Shown one piece after another: positions 49,545 to 58,850 of a DNA stretch of 64,000 nucleotides. Within the stretch, counting starts at the first letter, position 1; each line of letters opens with the position of its first letter. A program made the position numbers and the translations under genes. Location of the stretch: contig LBWP01000001.1 in NCBI GenBank assembly GCA_000993685.1, positions 9,739 through 73,738 of the forward strand, read 5' to 3'. The DNA is from Candidatus Woesebacteria bacterium GW2011_GWA1_39_21 (GTDB lineage Bacteria > Patescibacteriota > Microgenomatia > UBA8517). The notes below the pieces were generated by a model that was not told the DNA's origin, did not search any database, and saw nothing but the letters and a program-made list of their open reading frames with translations.

Positions 49545-50531
49545 TTGACCCCCAATGCCGTAAGTTGCTACACTAAGATGATGCGCAAACTGCCTGTTTT
49601 AGTGGTTAAAAGAGAAAGTGGGCAAGCACTTCTTTTAGTTCTTCTTGTTTTGTCTCTCGTTTTAACTTTGGTTCTTTCGTCGGTTTCAAGGTCTGTTACC
49701 GATGTTGAAATTTCTACATATGAGGATAATTCAATCCGTGCCTTTGATGCAGCGGAGGCGGGAATTGAAAAAACCGTTGTTGGCGAGGCGACATCGGGGA
49801 TTACTGTAAGTCTTGATGACAATGTTACTTTTACTCCCCAGACGACGACGAGTACGGGCACAGCTAACAGCTACGAGTATCCGTTAGACCTAATCTCTGG
49901 TGAATCGGCCGTTATTTCTTATATTGATTATAAAAAAAATACAAACGGTGATTACGTTTTTACATGCCCATCAAATAACTGTAAAAATAACGAACCGGCG
50001 CAAATACGGGTTTGTTGGGGAAAACCCGGCACTGCATCAAACTCCAGTAACACCCCGGCAATCTATCTGGAGTTTTATTATACAACGGACTCGGTAACAA
50101 CGTCGAAATTTGAAGATATGGTAAATTTATCCGACATTAAGGTGATTGCCTCTTCCGCGGACAGTCATACAACGAGGGCGATTACAAACCATTTTTCCGC
50201 AGCAGACACGGGTAGCGCAAGCCCTTTGCCGTGCACAATACCTTCATCTTTTTCGGTGCTATTTCAAAGGAGTGACGCAGGTTCCCCGTTGGATATTGTA
50301 GATTCAAGCGGAGGGTCGCTACTTTTTGTAAGAATTACGATGCTATACAATAATATTGCACAGCCTTTGAATATTCGCAGCGCATCCCCTCTCCCAAGTC
50401 AGGGTACACTGATTTCTTCAATAGGTCAGTCGGCGGATGTTTACCGAAAACTGGTTTTATTTCAGGGCTATCCGGAGCTTCCTTTTGAGGTAGGAAATGC
50501 TATTTATTCGAAAAGCGTTATAAATAAATAA
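49545..50531 (+). CDS. PilX-like large minor pilin
   Basis: The PilX_N-like segment SGQALLLVLLVLSLVL...AFDAAEAGIEKTV is present in a 300+ aa protein. The likely start is MMRKLP at about 49578. Confidence 0.55.
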   Translation: MTPNAVSCYTKMMRKLPVLVVKRESGQALLLVLLVLSLVLTLVLSSVSRSVTDVEISTYEDNSIRAFDAAEAGIEKTVVGEATSGITVSLDDNVTFTPQTTTSTGTANSYEYPLDLISGESAVISYIDYKKNTNGDYVFTCPSNNCKNNEPAQIRVCWGKPGTASNSSNTPAIYLEFYYTTDSVTTSKFEDMVNLSDIKVIASSADSHTTRAITNHFSAADTGSASPLPCTIPSSFSVLFQRSDAGSPLDIVDSSGGSLLFVRITMLYNNIAQPLNIRSASPLPSQGTLISSIGQSADVYRKLVLFQGYPELPFEVGNAIYSKSVINK

Positions 50532-50536
50532 AAACT

Positions 50537-51547
50537 ATGGTAGGACTTGATATTGGTTCCAAAACAATTAAGATTGTCGAGCTTGAGGAGACGCGCGGTA
50601 CTTACAGGCTAAGGGCCAGCGGAATTATTGGTTATAAAAGTAGCGCCAATGATAACTTAGTTGACGACAAGGAAGTTGCCGTACTTTCGGACATCATCAG
50701 AAAACTGCACAAAGAAGCAAAAATAGTTGGCAAAGACACCGTGGTTTCCATTCCCGAAACCCAGGTTTATACCCGAATGATTCATTTCCCTCTTTTGACC
50801 GATTCTGAAATAGCATCCGCGGTTAAATGGGAAGCCGAACAGTATATCCCCTTCCCCATCGACGAAGCTGTTATTGATTATCAGGTTGTTGATAAAAATG
50901 AAAATGCAACGCCACCCAATGTGCAAGTGCTTTTAATTGCCGCACCAAAGGTTTTGGTAAATAGATATATTAAGTTAATACAAATGAGCAAACTTGACCT
51001 TGTTGCTGTCGAGACTGAGTTGATGGCGATTTCCCGGTCGATTTGCCCTCTTGATCAAACAGTGATTGTTGCAGATTTCGGCGCCAGATCAACAAATATT
51101 GCGATTGTAAAAAATGCTAGTTTGATGATGTCAAGGAGTATTCCAACCGCAGGTGACGCTTTTACACGCGCTGTTGCACAGGGACTGGGAATTGAAAGCC
51201 AACAAGCAGAAGAGTATAAAAAAACTTACGGACTCTCCTCTTCCAATTTAGATGGAAAAATTAAATCGATACTTTATCCGGTTTTGAGGATGGTGTCCGA
51301 CGAAATAAAAAAAGCGATGCATTTTTATCAGTCGGAAGCTGAGGGGCAAGCGCCGAGATCTTTAATTTTGACCGGCGGTTCGTCGGGAATGCCGGAAGTT
51401 GCTTCAATGATGACTGAACTTTTGGGAATAGAAGTTTCGATTGGCAGCCCTTTCTCGAAAATTCAAATGGAAGCTGACGCGCTCAAAACTTTGTCTGGAT
51501 ATGCGCCGTTTTATGCAATTTCAGTTGGACTTGCGATGAGAACTTAA
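50537..51547 (+). CDS. pilM: Type IV pilus assembly protein PilM (actin-like ATPase fold)
   Basis: It begins MVGLDIGSKTIKIVELEE and has an FtsA/actin-like two-domain architecture. Confidence 0.85.
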   Translation: MVGLDIGSKTIKIVELEETRGTYRLRASGIIGYKSSANDNLVDDKEVAVLSDIIRKLHKEAKIVGKDTVVSIPETQVYTRMIHFPLLTDSEIASAVKWEAEQYIPFPIDEAVIDYQVVDKNENATPPNVQVLLIAAPKVLVNRYIKLIQMSKLDLVAVETELMAISRSICPLDQTVIVADFGARSTNIAIVKNASLMMSRSIPTAGDAFTRAVAQGLGIESQQAEEYKKTYGLSSSNLDGKIKSILYPVLRMVSDEIKKAMHFYQSEAEGQAPRSLILTGGSSGMPEVASMMTELLGIEVSIGSPFSKIQMEADALKTLSGYAPFYAISVGLAMRT

Positions 51548-51548
51548 T

Positions 51549-52076
51549 ATGAGACAAATTAATTTGCTTCCTACTGAGTTTAGGCCGGGAAGACAAGTGA
51601 ATTTAGCGGTTAAGAAAGCCGAGCGAGTGATTCTAGCGCTTTTGGGCATATATATTATCGTTGCCGTGGCTGCGTTGGCTGCGACTTACTATTTAGGCAA
51701 GAAACTCAAGACCATAAATGTCGAAAAACAAGCACTATCTGCCGAGTTAAAAGGTTTGTCATCGGTTGAAAATTCGACCGTTTACATCCGAGATAGGGTT
51801 ACAAAATATAAATTGATGGAGAATAAAGATATTGAGATGAAAAATTACGGTAAGTTCAACGAGTCACTTGCCTTTTTGCCCGCTGACGCGAAAATTACCG
51901 ATGTATCAATCAGCGGAAATTCAGTGACTTATAGCGTTGGTGTTGGATCGGTCCAGTCTTTTTCCTATGTCTTAAAACAACTGGCTGATTCGCAAATTTA
52001 TAAAGACATTCTTGTTTCGGGAATTAGTTATCGACAGAACGAGGGCTATGTTTTTAATCTCGCGATGAGTTTTTAA
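51549..52076 (+). CDS. pilN: Type IV pilus assembly protein PilN
   Basis: The INLLP motif is followed by a single TM helix and a periplasmic domain. The gene is coupled to pilM by a 1-nt gap. Confidence 0.8.
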   Translation: MRQINLLPTEFRPGRQVNLAVKKAERVILALLGIYIIVAVAALAATYYLGKKLKTINVEKQALSAELKGLSSVENSTVYIRDRVTKYKLMENKDIEMKNYGKFNESLAFLPADAKITDVSISGNSVTYSVGVGSVQSFSYVLKQLADSQIYKDILVSGISYRQNEGYVFNLAMSF

Positions 52077-52137
52077 AAATCAGTTAAGGTTTTATTTAAA
52101 TATAGTTTAAGTGTAAATTTTATAAGTATTAATCATC

Positions 52138-52878
52138 ATGTCACTGGAACTAAAAGGTGGTGTTTCGTTAGCTAATAGTAAGCCTTACCTAATTGTCTTT
52201 GCGGGGTTTGTCATTCTTTTCGCTCTGATTTATGCAACGGCAGGACGGATTTATAACGGAATGATAAAGACTATAAATGACAGTAAAGAAGTTGAGAAAG
52301 ATGTTGGCCTGCTTGACTCGAAAATAAATTCTCTGAAGACAATTAAGGTTGACTTGGGTAGCGATGATGTTAATTCTCTTAATGTTGCGTTTCCGGAAGA
52401 AGATAAAATGCTTTTTTTGTTTTCGCAACTGAAGGAATTAGCAAAAAATGATGGCGTGACACTAACAAATATTGATTTTACAACACCCTCCGTTCAAGAA
52501 GGCGATTTGTCAAGAAGCGTCATCAATTTGAGTATTAGTGGTGTTAAGACATCGGTTGAGAGTTTTATGTCGTCGGTCGCGGCGATTGCGCCGCTTTCCG
52601 GAATTGGACCTGTGAACTTTAGTAACGTTACTACCGAGGAAGGTCTTTTTGTGGTCAATGCATCCGTGGAAACTTATTTTTCCCCACTTCCAAAAAACCT
52701 GCCCAGCCAAAGTAGTTACATAAGCGTTTTAACTGATGATGAGAAGCAAACACTAAATACGCTTAAAAGTTTGAAAGTTCTGTCGGTTTACGTGAGTCAG
52801 GCTAAGCCGGCGGACGAAAGCGCAGTTAACCCATTTAATGAAGAAGAAACACAGCCTGTGCCCACACCGGCGCAGTAA
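52138..52878 (+). CDS. pilO: PilO-like pilus assembly protein
   Basis: A single N-terminal TM helix and a coiled-coil segment sit directly after pilMN. Confidence 0.5.
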   Translation: MSLELKGGVSLANSKPYLIVFAGFVILFALIYATAGRIYNGMIKTINDSKEVEKDVGLLDSKINSLKTIKVDLGSDDVNSLNVAFPEEDKMLFLFSQLKELAKNDGVTLTNIDFTTPSVQEGDLSRSVINLSISGVKTSVESFMSSVAAIAPLSGIGPVNFSNVTTEEGLFVVNASVETYFSPLPKNLPSQSSYISVLTDDEKQTLNTLKSLKVLSVYVSQAKPADESAVNPFNEEETQPVPTPAQ

Positions 52879-52880
52879 AT

Positions 52881-53126
52881 TTATTCGGTGGCTTTGTTTT
52901 CTTCGATCTCGAGAGTGAAGCCTATTCTTTCGAGGGTTGCCTTCGTTTTTAGAAGGGTGCGGATTGCTTTAATCATTCGCCCTTTTTTCCCGATAATTAT
53001 TCCCATATTTTCAGGTTTCGTGACGATTTTAAGTTTACTAAAACCTTCAGTTTGGTTATCCTCTTCAATTTTGAAATCTTTATTATCAAGGATTTCACTT
53101 ATGATGTGTTGTAGTAGGCTCTTCAT
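52881..53126 (-). CDS. khpA: KH-domain RNA-binding protein KhpA-like
   Basis: It has the GIIIGKKGRMIKAIRTLL (GxxG KH) motif. The start is taken at MKSLLQ, giving a 4-nt overlap with rpsP. Confidence 0.7.
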   Translation of the reverse strand: MKSLLQHIISEILDNKDFKIEEDNQTEGFSKLKIVTKPENMGIIIGKKGRMIKAIRTLLKTKATLERIGFTLEIEENKATE

Positions 53127-53344
53127 TTTGTTAATAGTTTTTTTAAAGAAGCCGATGCAATTGCACCCCGGCCAATCCATTTTTTGTAAGCATCATTGTC
53201 AATTTTGAACTCTTTTTTCGCGGGATTGAAAAACCCGATGTTTTCGATATACTTGCCGGTGTTTTTCTTTTCACCCTCAATAACAACAACTCTATAAAAG
53301 AGACTGTTTTTGCCTCCCCGTTTTGATAAGCGTATTTTTATCAT
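53123..53344 (-). CDS. rpsP: 30S ribosomal protein S16
   Basis: MIKIRLSKRGGKNSLFYRVVV...GFFNP. Confidence 0.9.
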   Translation of the reverse strand: MIKIRLSKRGGKNSLFYRVVVIEGEKKNTGKYIENIGFFNPAKKEFKIDNDAYKKWIGRGAIASASLKKLLTK

Positions 53345-53413
53345 ATAAATTTCAAGAAAACCGTCAATAAGTACTCGACGGAGGAATTGACAATGCAAAG
53401 CATTGGTTATTCA

Positions 53414-53470
53414 CTTGATATGTCATCCTCCCTCAAGTGGAATCGCCGATTAATTCGGCGAAGGATGACA
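53414..53470. repeat. Variant/partial copy D of the composite repeat
   Basis: It has the TGATATGTCATCCTCC...AAGGATGACATAAC outer stem with a different inner hairpin, TCGCCGA-TTAA-TTCGGCGA. It lies at the 3' end of rnc. Confidence 0.6.
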
Positions 53471-53504
53471 TAACATTAGTGATTTTAACGATTTTTGCTT
53501 CCGA

Positions 53505-54173
53505 TTACAAGTTTTTCTCGAGAGCATCTTTGGCGGCGTTCTGCGCGGCTTCACTTTTGCTTTTGCCGGTTCCTGTTCCCATGGTATTTCCGTCAACGGT
53601 TACATCAAGTGTAAATGTTTTATCATGGTCCGGGCCAACCTCTTTAATAACCTGATATTTAGGTGTAGAAAGACCCTTGGCTTGAACATATTCTTGAAAA
53701 AGGCTTTTTGGGTCTTTTAACGGCTCCTTACTGATTTCTTCGAGATTTGGAATGATTTTCTCTTTGATAAAATTTTTACAACTAACGAGTCCTTGGTCGA
53801 GATAAACGGCTCCAATGACCGCCTCGAGCGTGTCGGCTAAAAGTGAATGATTGGATCTTCCCCCAGTGTCCTCTTCACCTTTGCTCAGAAGCAAAAATTT
53901 ACCAAGGGCGAATTTTTCTGAGGCTTCGGATAGACTTTCGGTGTTTACTATCCGAGCGCGCAGCGCGGTTAGGAACCCCTCTTCTTTTTCTGGAAATTGG
54001 ACGTAGATCAGATCAGAAACGACGTATTCGAGGATTGCATCGCCAAGAAACTCCAATCTTTCATTTGAACGATTTTGGTTTTTATGTTCGTTGACCCACG
54101 AACGGTGAGTGAGTGCGGTGTTTAAAAGCTTTGCATCCTTAAAACTTTTTTTGAGTTCGTTAAACGATTTCAT
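53505..54173 (-). CDS. rnc: Ribonuclease III
   Basis: The signature ERLEFLGDAILEYVVSD is followed by a C-terminal dsRBD. Confidence 0.95.
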   Translation of the reverse strand: MKSFNELKKSFKDAKLLNTALTHRSWVNEHKNQNRSNERLEFLGDAILEYVVSDLIYVQFPEKEEGFLTALRARIVNTESLSEASEKFALGKFLLLSKGEEDTGGRSNHSLLADTLEAVIGAVYLDQGLVSCKNFIKEKIIPNLEEISKEPLKDPKSLFQEYVQAKGLSTPKYQVIKEVGPDHDKTFTLDVTVDGNTMGTGTGKSKSEAAQNAAKDALEKNL

Positions 54174-54178
54174 ATATT

Positions 54179-54433
54179 TTAAAATTCTTCATTTTCGACA
54201 ATTGTATCAATAATATCTGAAATGCACTGAATTTTTTGAATTTCGGAAAAATCCGTTTTTATTTCTTGCGTGGCGAGCAAGTTAAGAAAATCGGAGATTT
54301 CTGCCGGGCTCATATGCAGGTCCTCTTTTAGTGAGTCATCGGTGGCAATATCTTCGACATCAATACCAAGGTATTCTGACAACTTCCTTTTTATGATATT
54401 TTCAACTTTTGTGTGCTTGCCTTCTTCGTTCAT
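54179..54433 (-). CDS. Acyl carrier protein-like
   Basis: An 84-aa acidic protein with a DDSLKEDL segment resembling the ACP phosphopantetheine site. It is adjacent to rnc. Confidence 0.5.
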   Translation of the reverse strand: MNEEGKHTKVENIIKRKLSEYLGIDVEDIATDDSLKEDLHMSPAEISDFLNLLATQEIKTDFSEIQKIQCISDIIDTIVENEEF

Positions 54434-54783
54434 GTTTTGTTTTCGTATATTGTACCCAATACACCATTGATAAAGGAAGACGAACTTTCAGAGCCGTATT
54501 CTTTTGCGATTTCAACCGCTTCGTCGATAACTACTTTTTGGGGAACGGCCTTTTCCATAAGTTCGTAAACGGCAAAGCGCAAAATTGCAAGGTCGATTTT
54601 GTTGATTTTGTCTATCGGCCATGTCGGCGCCGCCTTTGTAATCTCTTCGTCAATTTTTGGAAGCAAAGCGAGAATTTTCTTAACATTTTTGGGAACATTT
54701 GTTTGATTTCCAAAACTTTTTGCAAAAAGATATTTGACGAGTTGTTTTCGATAGATATGTCTGGGGTCTTTCGCTGTTTTCAT
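54430..54783 (-). CDS. nusB: Transcription antitermination factor NusB
   Basis: It has a NusB-fold helical pattern and the ending NGVLGTI. The length of 117 aa fits. Confidence 0.8.
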   Translation of the reverse strand: MKTAKDPRHIYRKQLVKYLFAKSFGNQTNVPKNVKKILALLPKIDEEITKAAPTWPIDKINKIDLAILRFAVYELMEKAVPQKVVIDEAVEIAKEYGSESSSSFINGVLGTIYENKT

Positions 54784-54844
54784 ACATTAATACTAATCAA
54801 CGTCTATATCCAAATGCAATCGGTGAAAATACAAAAAGTTCAGC

Positions 54845-55000
54845 CTACTTGTAGAAGCCGCAATATTTACAGGCTTTGTGTGGTTCCCTGAGTCTTTTAC
54901 AAGATGGACATTTTGCCAGTGTTGGGAATTTTGCCGGATCAGAATTTCTTCTGATGTTGCTGCGCGAACGTGTGTGCTTCTTTTTTGGTAGAGGTGTCAT
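54845..55000 (-). CDS. rpmF: 50S ribosomal protein L32
   Basis: This 51-aa ORF is not in the ORF track. Its translation is MTPLPKKKHTRSRSNIRRNSDPAKFPTLAKCPSCKRLREPHKACKYCGFYK, which carries the L32 C-x2-C...C-x2-C signature. Confidence 0.8.
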   Translation of the reverse strand: MTPLPKKKHTRSRSNIRRNSDPAKFPTLAKCPSCKRLREPHKACKYCGFYK

Positions 55001-55186
55001 ACACGAGTGATTTTACAAAATAATCGCCGTTTATACAATTGGGGAAATGATTTTAGCGTGTAGTTTGTAAATATCGTGGACTTTCATCTCACCGATAACC
55101 TGCCTGTTTTTACGCAGGTAAACGCGGGTAGAAGTAAACGAGTGTACTTATTTAGCCCGTAAGGCCGAGAATACGGAGGGCCTGCC

Positions 55187-55307
55187 CTTAGGTAGTTTAT
55201 AACAGCGTTCAAGAAAACCCCACCCTTCAGGGTGGGGATGAATTGAACTCTGATATGTGTCATCCTCCTTGGGGAAACCCCGCCTTTTAAGGCGGGGAGG
55301 ATGTCAC
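55187..55307. repeat. Composite multi-hairpin repeat, copy B (abuts the recG stop codon)
   Basis: It is near-identical to copy C. Read on the minus strand it presents CCCCACCC-TGAA-GGGTGGGG followed by TTTTCTT, and CCCCGCCTT-AA-AAGGCGGGG followed by TTTCCCC. Both are terminator-like. Confidence 0.85.
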
Positions 55308-55310
55308 TTT

Positions 55311-57326
55311 TTAGTTTAATCCAATTTCTTCACCAAGTACGTGATTAAGTAATTTTTTGTATTTACTGCGGTTGACAATGATACGGTCGGCATATCCTTT
55401 TGCGAGTTTAATCAGTTTGGTATCTTCCCATGAGGCATTTTTCAACTCGTAGAATCCGTGTTGGGCTGTCCCAAAGATTTCTCCGGGACCCCTGATTTTC
55501 AGATCGATTTCGGCAAGTTCAAATCCCGAGTTGTGAGATTTTAATGCGGCCAATCTTTTTGAGACATAACGGTCGTATTTTGTTGGAAGCAGGAGGCAAT
55601 ATGACTTTTTGCTACCGCGCCCGACACGTCCTCGCAATTGATGTAGTTGTGCCAATCCGAATCTTTCCGCGGCTTCTACAATCATAATTGTGGCATTGGC
55701 AATATCGATACCGACTTCGACAACAGGAGTTGAGACAAGGATATCGCTTTTTCCTTCTTTAAAACGCTTGATAGCAAGGTCCTTTTCCGCCGGTTTCATT
55801 CTTCCATGCAGGATATCGACACGATAGCCCTTAAAAATTTTTTTGAGTGATTCGAATTCGGCGACGACTGCCCGTACCGATTTAAGTGTTTCGGCTTCCG
55901 ACTCTTCAATCAAAGGACAAATATTGAAAACCTGAATATGTTCATTCTTGATTTGTTTTTTGATCCAATCGTATGCAGGTGACCTTTTTTTTGACGGGAC
56001 AATCCAGGTGGTGACAGGTTTTCTTCCCACGGGTAGTTCGGTAAGAAGCGACAAATCAAGATCGCCGTAGATTGTCAGCGCAACAGTTCTTGGAATTGGT
56101 GTTGCTGTCATAGTTAAGACGTGTGGAATTTTGTTGCCACTCCCCGACTGTTTAATCAGGTGCGTCCTTTGTTCAACTCCGAAACGATGCTGTTCGTCGA
56201 TGACGATAATTCCAACTTGCTCGCTATCAATAATTCTGTGGATAAGTGCATGTGTTCCAACAAAAACGTCAGTTTTGCCAAGGTCACCCTTTTTTGTATT
56301 CGAAGTGATTAGTTTGACTCTGATTTTGTATTTTTCAAAAAGCTTGTTAAGGGTTTCGAAATGTTGGTTTGCCAGGATTTGTGTTGGCGCCATCACAATG
56401 GATTGATATCCGGCAAGAAATGTTGCAAAAATACCAATAGCCGCGACGACGGTTTTTCCGCTTCCAACATCACCTTCGAGAAGTCGATTCATCGGTGTTT
56501 CTTTCGTGAGGTCGGTTAATATTTCTTTGACGCTTTTTTCCTGTGACAATGTGAGCATAAAGGGAAGGTTTTTGATAAACGTGTCAATCTGACTACTATT
56601 GACCTTGATTTTGTAAAGAGCGATGTTTTCTTTCCAACGCTCTTTGCGATACGTGCTGCGAATTGTCAAAGTGAGAAGCTCATTAAACGCCAATCGTTTC
56701 TTAGCGTTTAGATACTCGTCTTCATTTTCAGGAAAGTGAAGCTTATGAATTGCAGCTTCGTAATCCATCAACGAATATTTTTGAAGATCGGTTACAGGTA
56801 TAAAGTCTACAATTTCCGGTTTTGAAACCTGCAGTGCGAAAGCAATTTTTGTACGGAGCCATTTTGACGACACGCCGTATGTTTCTGGATATATTGGAAT
56901 GAGTCGACCGGTGTGGATTGAACCAGCGCCGAGTTCATAATCTGGAGCAATAAAAGCTTTATCGGATCCAAAAAATTCGATCTTTCCTGCAAACCAATAT
57001 TCAATTTTTCGCTTCAGGCTCATCATCAGGTAGGGTTGGTTAAACCAAATGATTTTCATTTTCCCACTTGTGTCTTCGATTTCGGCTAATTGCATAACTT
57101 TTCCGGATTTGGTGTATTGGTTTCGTATGAAATTTAACTTGGCCTTCACAGATGCAATATCACCAATCCTTAGTTTCGCAATCGGTTTTGTTTTTCGGTA
57201 GTCAAGATATCTACTTGGGGGGTGTGTTAACAAATCGGAAATTTTTGCAATCCCCAGTTTTTCAAGTCTTTTTAAATAAACAGGGCCGATTTTTGGCAAT
57301 CTTGAGACTGGATTAGACAATTTCAT
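55311..57326 (-). CDS. recG: ATP-dependent DNA helicase RecG
   Basis: A wedge domain precedes a DEAH helicase core with GDVGSGKT, DEQHRFG and the QLRGRVGR motif VI. The start is taken at ATG (MKLSNPVSRLPKIGP). The ORF track extends it to a TTG inside repeat copy C. Confidence 0.9.
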   Translation of the reverse strand: MKLSNPVSRLPKIGPVYLKRLEKLGIAKISDLLTHPPSRYLDYRKTKPIAKLRIGDIASVKAKLNFIRNQYTKSGKVMQLAEIEDTSGKMKIIWFNQPYLMMSLKRKIEYWFAGKIEFFGSDKAFIAPDYELGAGSIHTGRLIPIYPETYGVSSKWLRTKIAFALQVSKPEIVDFIPVTDLQKYSLMDYEAAIHKLHFPENEDEYLNAKKRLAFNELLTLTIRSTYRKERWKENIALYKIKVNSSQIDTFIKNLPFMLTLSQEKSVKEILTDLTKETPMNRLLEGDVGSGKTVVAAIGIFATFLAGYQSIVMAPTQILANQHFETLNKLFEKYKIRVKLITSNTKKGDLGKTDVFVGTHALIHRIIDSEQVGIIVIDEQHRFGVEQRTHLIKQSGSGNKIPHVLTMTATPIPRTVALTIYGDLDLSLLTELPVGRKPVTTWIVPSKKRSPAYDWIKKQIKNEHIQVFNICPLIEESEAETLKSVRAVVAEFESLKKIFKGYRVDILHGRMKPAEKDLAIKRFKEGKSDILVSTPVVEVGIDIANATIMIVEAAERFGLAQLHQLRGRVGRGSKKSYCLLLPTKYDRYVSKRLAALKSHNSGFELAEIDLKIRGPGEIFGTAQHGFYELKNASWEDTKLIKLAKGYADRIIVNRSKYKKLLNHVLGEEIGLN

Positions 57327-57343
57327 TAAGATTATGATAACAC

Positions 57344-57451
57344 TTATAACAGCGTTCAAGAAAACCCCACCCTTCAGGGTGGGGATGAATTGAACTCTGA
57401 TATGTCATCCTCCTTGGGGAAACCCCGTCTTTTAAGGCGGGGAGGATGTCA
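57344..57451. repeat. Composite multi-hairpin repeat, copy C (16 nt upstream of the recG start)
   Basis: It has the same sequence as copy B with one substitution. Confidence 0.85.
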
Positions 57452-57607
57452 TTTTTAGCGCTCGTGGTTGATTTAATTTATCTAAACGATGTAGAAAAGC
57501 ATCGGAATGAAGGTGGTTAGAAGTAACGCAATTGTCGCGATAATTACAAGAATTCTAATTAAACTCTGTTGTTTTTTAGTTCTTAACATTATTTTGTAAT
57601 GTGGAGT

Positions 57608-58759
57608 TTACGTTATTTTTATAAAGACTTTCTCCCCAACTTTAATTTTATCACCGCTTTTCAATTTATATGATGGATCTGTGACTGTAGTACCATTGAT
57701 ATCAACCGACCCTTGGTTGATATATCTTTTGGCGTCCGAGGTGCTGCGAAGATTTGTAAACGGAGCGATTGTTTCCGCAAGATTGCTGGCAGGCGCAATT
57801 GGAGAGTATTCCGGTTCTTTCTCCTGAAACGTCCTTTCAAAAATGTCTTGAGCATTATTAGCGGCATCTTCTCCCCAAACCAGCTTTACAATTTCGTAAG
57901 CGAGGCGCTTTTTTTCTTGCATTGGGTTGTCCTTTATTTTTTCTGCAAGACCTTCTAAATCCACCTCCGTCAAAAGTTCAAATCCTTGATTGATAGTTTC
58001 ATCTGGGAAAGACATCACCCCACCATAAAAATCCGCAGGAGTTGAATCCAAAAAAAGTGCGTTGCCTGTGGTTTTGCCTACTTTTCTCCCCTCTTTATCG
58101 ACCAATAGTTTAGTTGTTAAACAGTACTTTTCTTTGTTTTTCATCGCTTTCATTAAAGTTCGTCCTGCAAGCAGATTGAACATTTGGTCGTTTCCTCCAA
58201 TTTCGAGATCAACATCCATTTCTACACAGTCAATTGAGACAGATAAAGGGTATAAAAATTCATGCAGGTATATCGGCTCATTCTTTTTTAGTCTCTCCTG
58301 AAACATATCGCGTTCGATCATTTGTTGGACGGTGTAATTTGAAGAAATCTCGATGAGATTTTTAAACGAAACTTTATCGAGCCACTGTGAATTGTATTTT
58401 ATCTCCACAGCATTTTCGCCTTCAAAGTCGAGTACGTTTTTGATTTGAGATTTCCAATTTTTGGCATTCTCCGTTACCTGTTCGCGGGTTAATTTTTTCC
58501 TGGCTGAAAGCTTATCAGTCGGGTCGCCGATCATTCCCGTAAAATCTCCAATTAAAAAGATGACTTTATGGCCTAATTTTTGGAATTGCCTTAGTTTCAT
58601 GACTCCAACCAAATTTCCCAAATGAAGCGACGGCATTGAAGGGTCGAATCCCTGGTAAAGGCTAATCTTTTTTTCTTGCATCAATTTTGCCAAACCGGCT
58701 TTGGTTGGTAGAATTTCAGCAACCCCTCGTGTTAGAACTTCGTCAATTGTAGTATTCAT
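57608..58759 (-). CDS. tyrS: Tyrosine--tRNA ligase
   Basis: The HIGH-class motif PSLHLGNLVG, a KMSKS-like RKVGKT and a C-terminal S4-like domain are present. Confidence 0.9.
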   Translation of the reverse strand: MNTTIDEVLTRGVAEILPTKAGLAKLMQEKKISLYQGFDPSMPSLHLGNLVGVMKLRQFQKLGHKVIFLIGDFTGMIGDPTDKLSARKKLTREQVTENAKNWKSQIKNVLDFEGENAVEIKYNSQWLDKVSFKNLIEISSNYTVQQMIERDMFQERLKKNEPIYLHEFLYPLSVSIDCVEMDVDLEIGGNDQMFNLLAGRTLMKAMKNKEKYCLTTKLLVDKEGRKVGKTTGNALFLDSTPADFYGGVMSFPDETINQGFELLTEVDLEGLAEKIKDNPMQEKKRLAYEIVKLVWGEDAANNAQDIFERTFQEKEPEYSPIAPASNLAETIAPFTNLRSTSDAKRYINQGSVDINGTTVTDPSYKLKSGDKIKVGEKVFIKIT

Positions 58760-58850
58760 ATACCTTAATTATAGCTTCTGTTTTTTTCTTTACAACATAC
58801 ATGCTTTTTGGAACTTAACGTTAAATGCTATCATTAAATAGTTTGCTAAA

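Noticed and set aside
55187-55307. Hammerhead or other small self-cleaving ribozyme in the multi-hairpin repeat (CTGATATG, GAAA)
   Set aside because: The hammerhead core CUGAUGA is not present. The GAAA lies in a hairpin loop, and no three-stem junction with the conserved core can be drawn.
57327-57359. recG start at the TTG inside repeat copy C, as implied by the ORF track
   Set aside because: The N-terminus encoded by the repeat (LNAVISVIIIL) is an artefact of the element. A conserved RecG N-terminus (MKLSNPVSRLPKIGP) begins at the ATG at 57326.
57482-57589. 35-aa hydrophobic micro-ORF (MLRTKKQQSLIRILVIIATIALLLTTFIPMLFYIV) between tyrS and repeat copy C
   Set aside because: No RBS or conservation evidence is available. 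It could be a small membrane peptide, but that cannot be supported from sequence alone.
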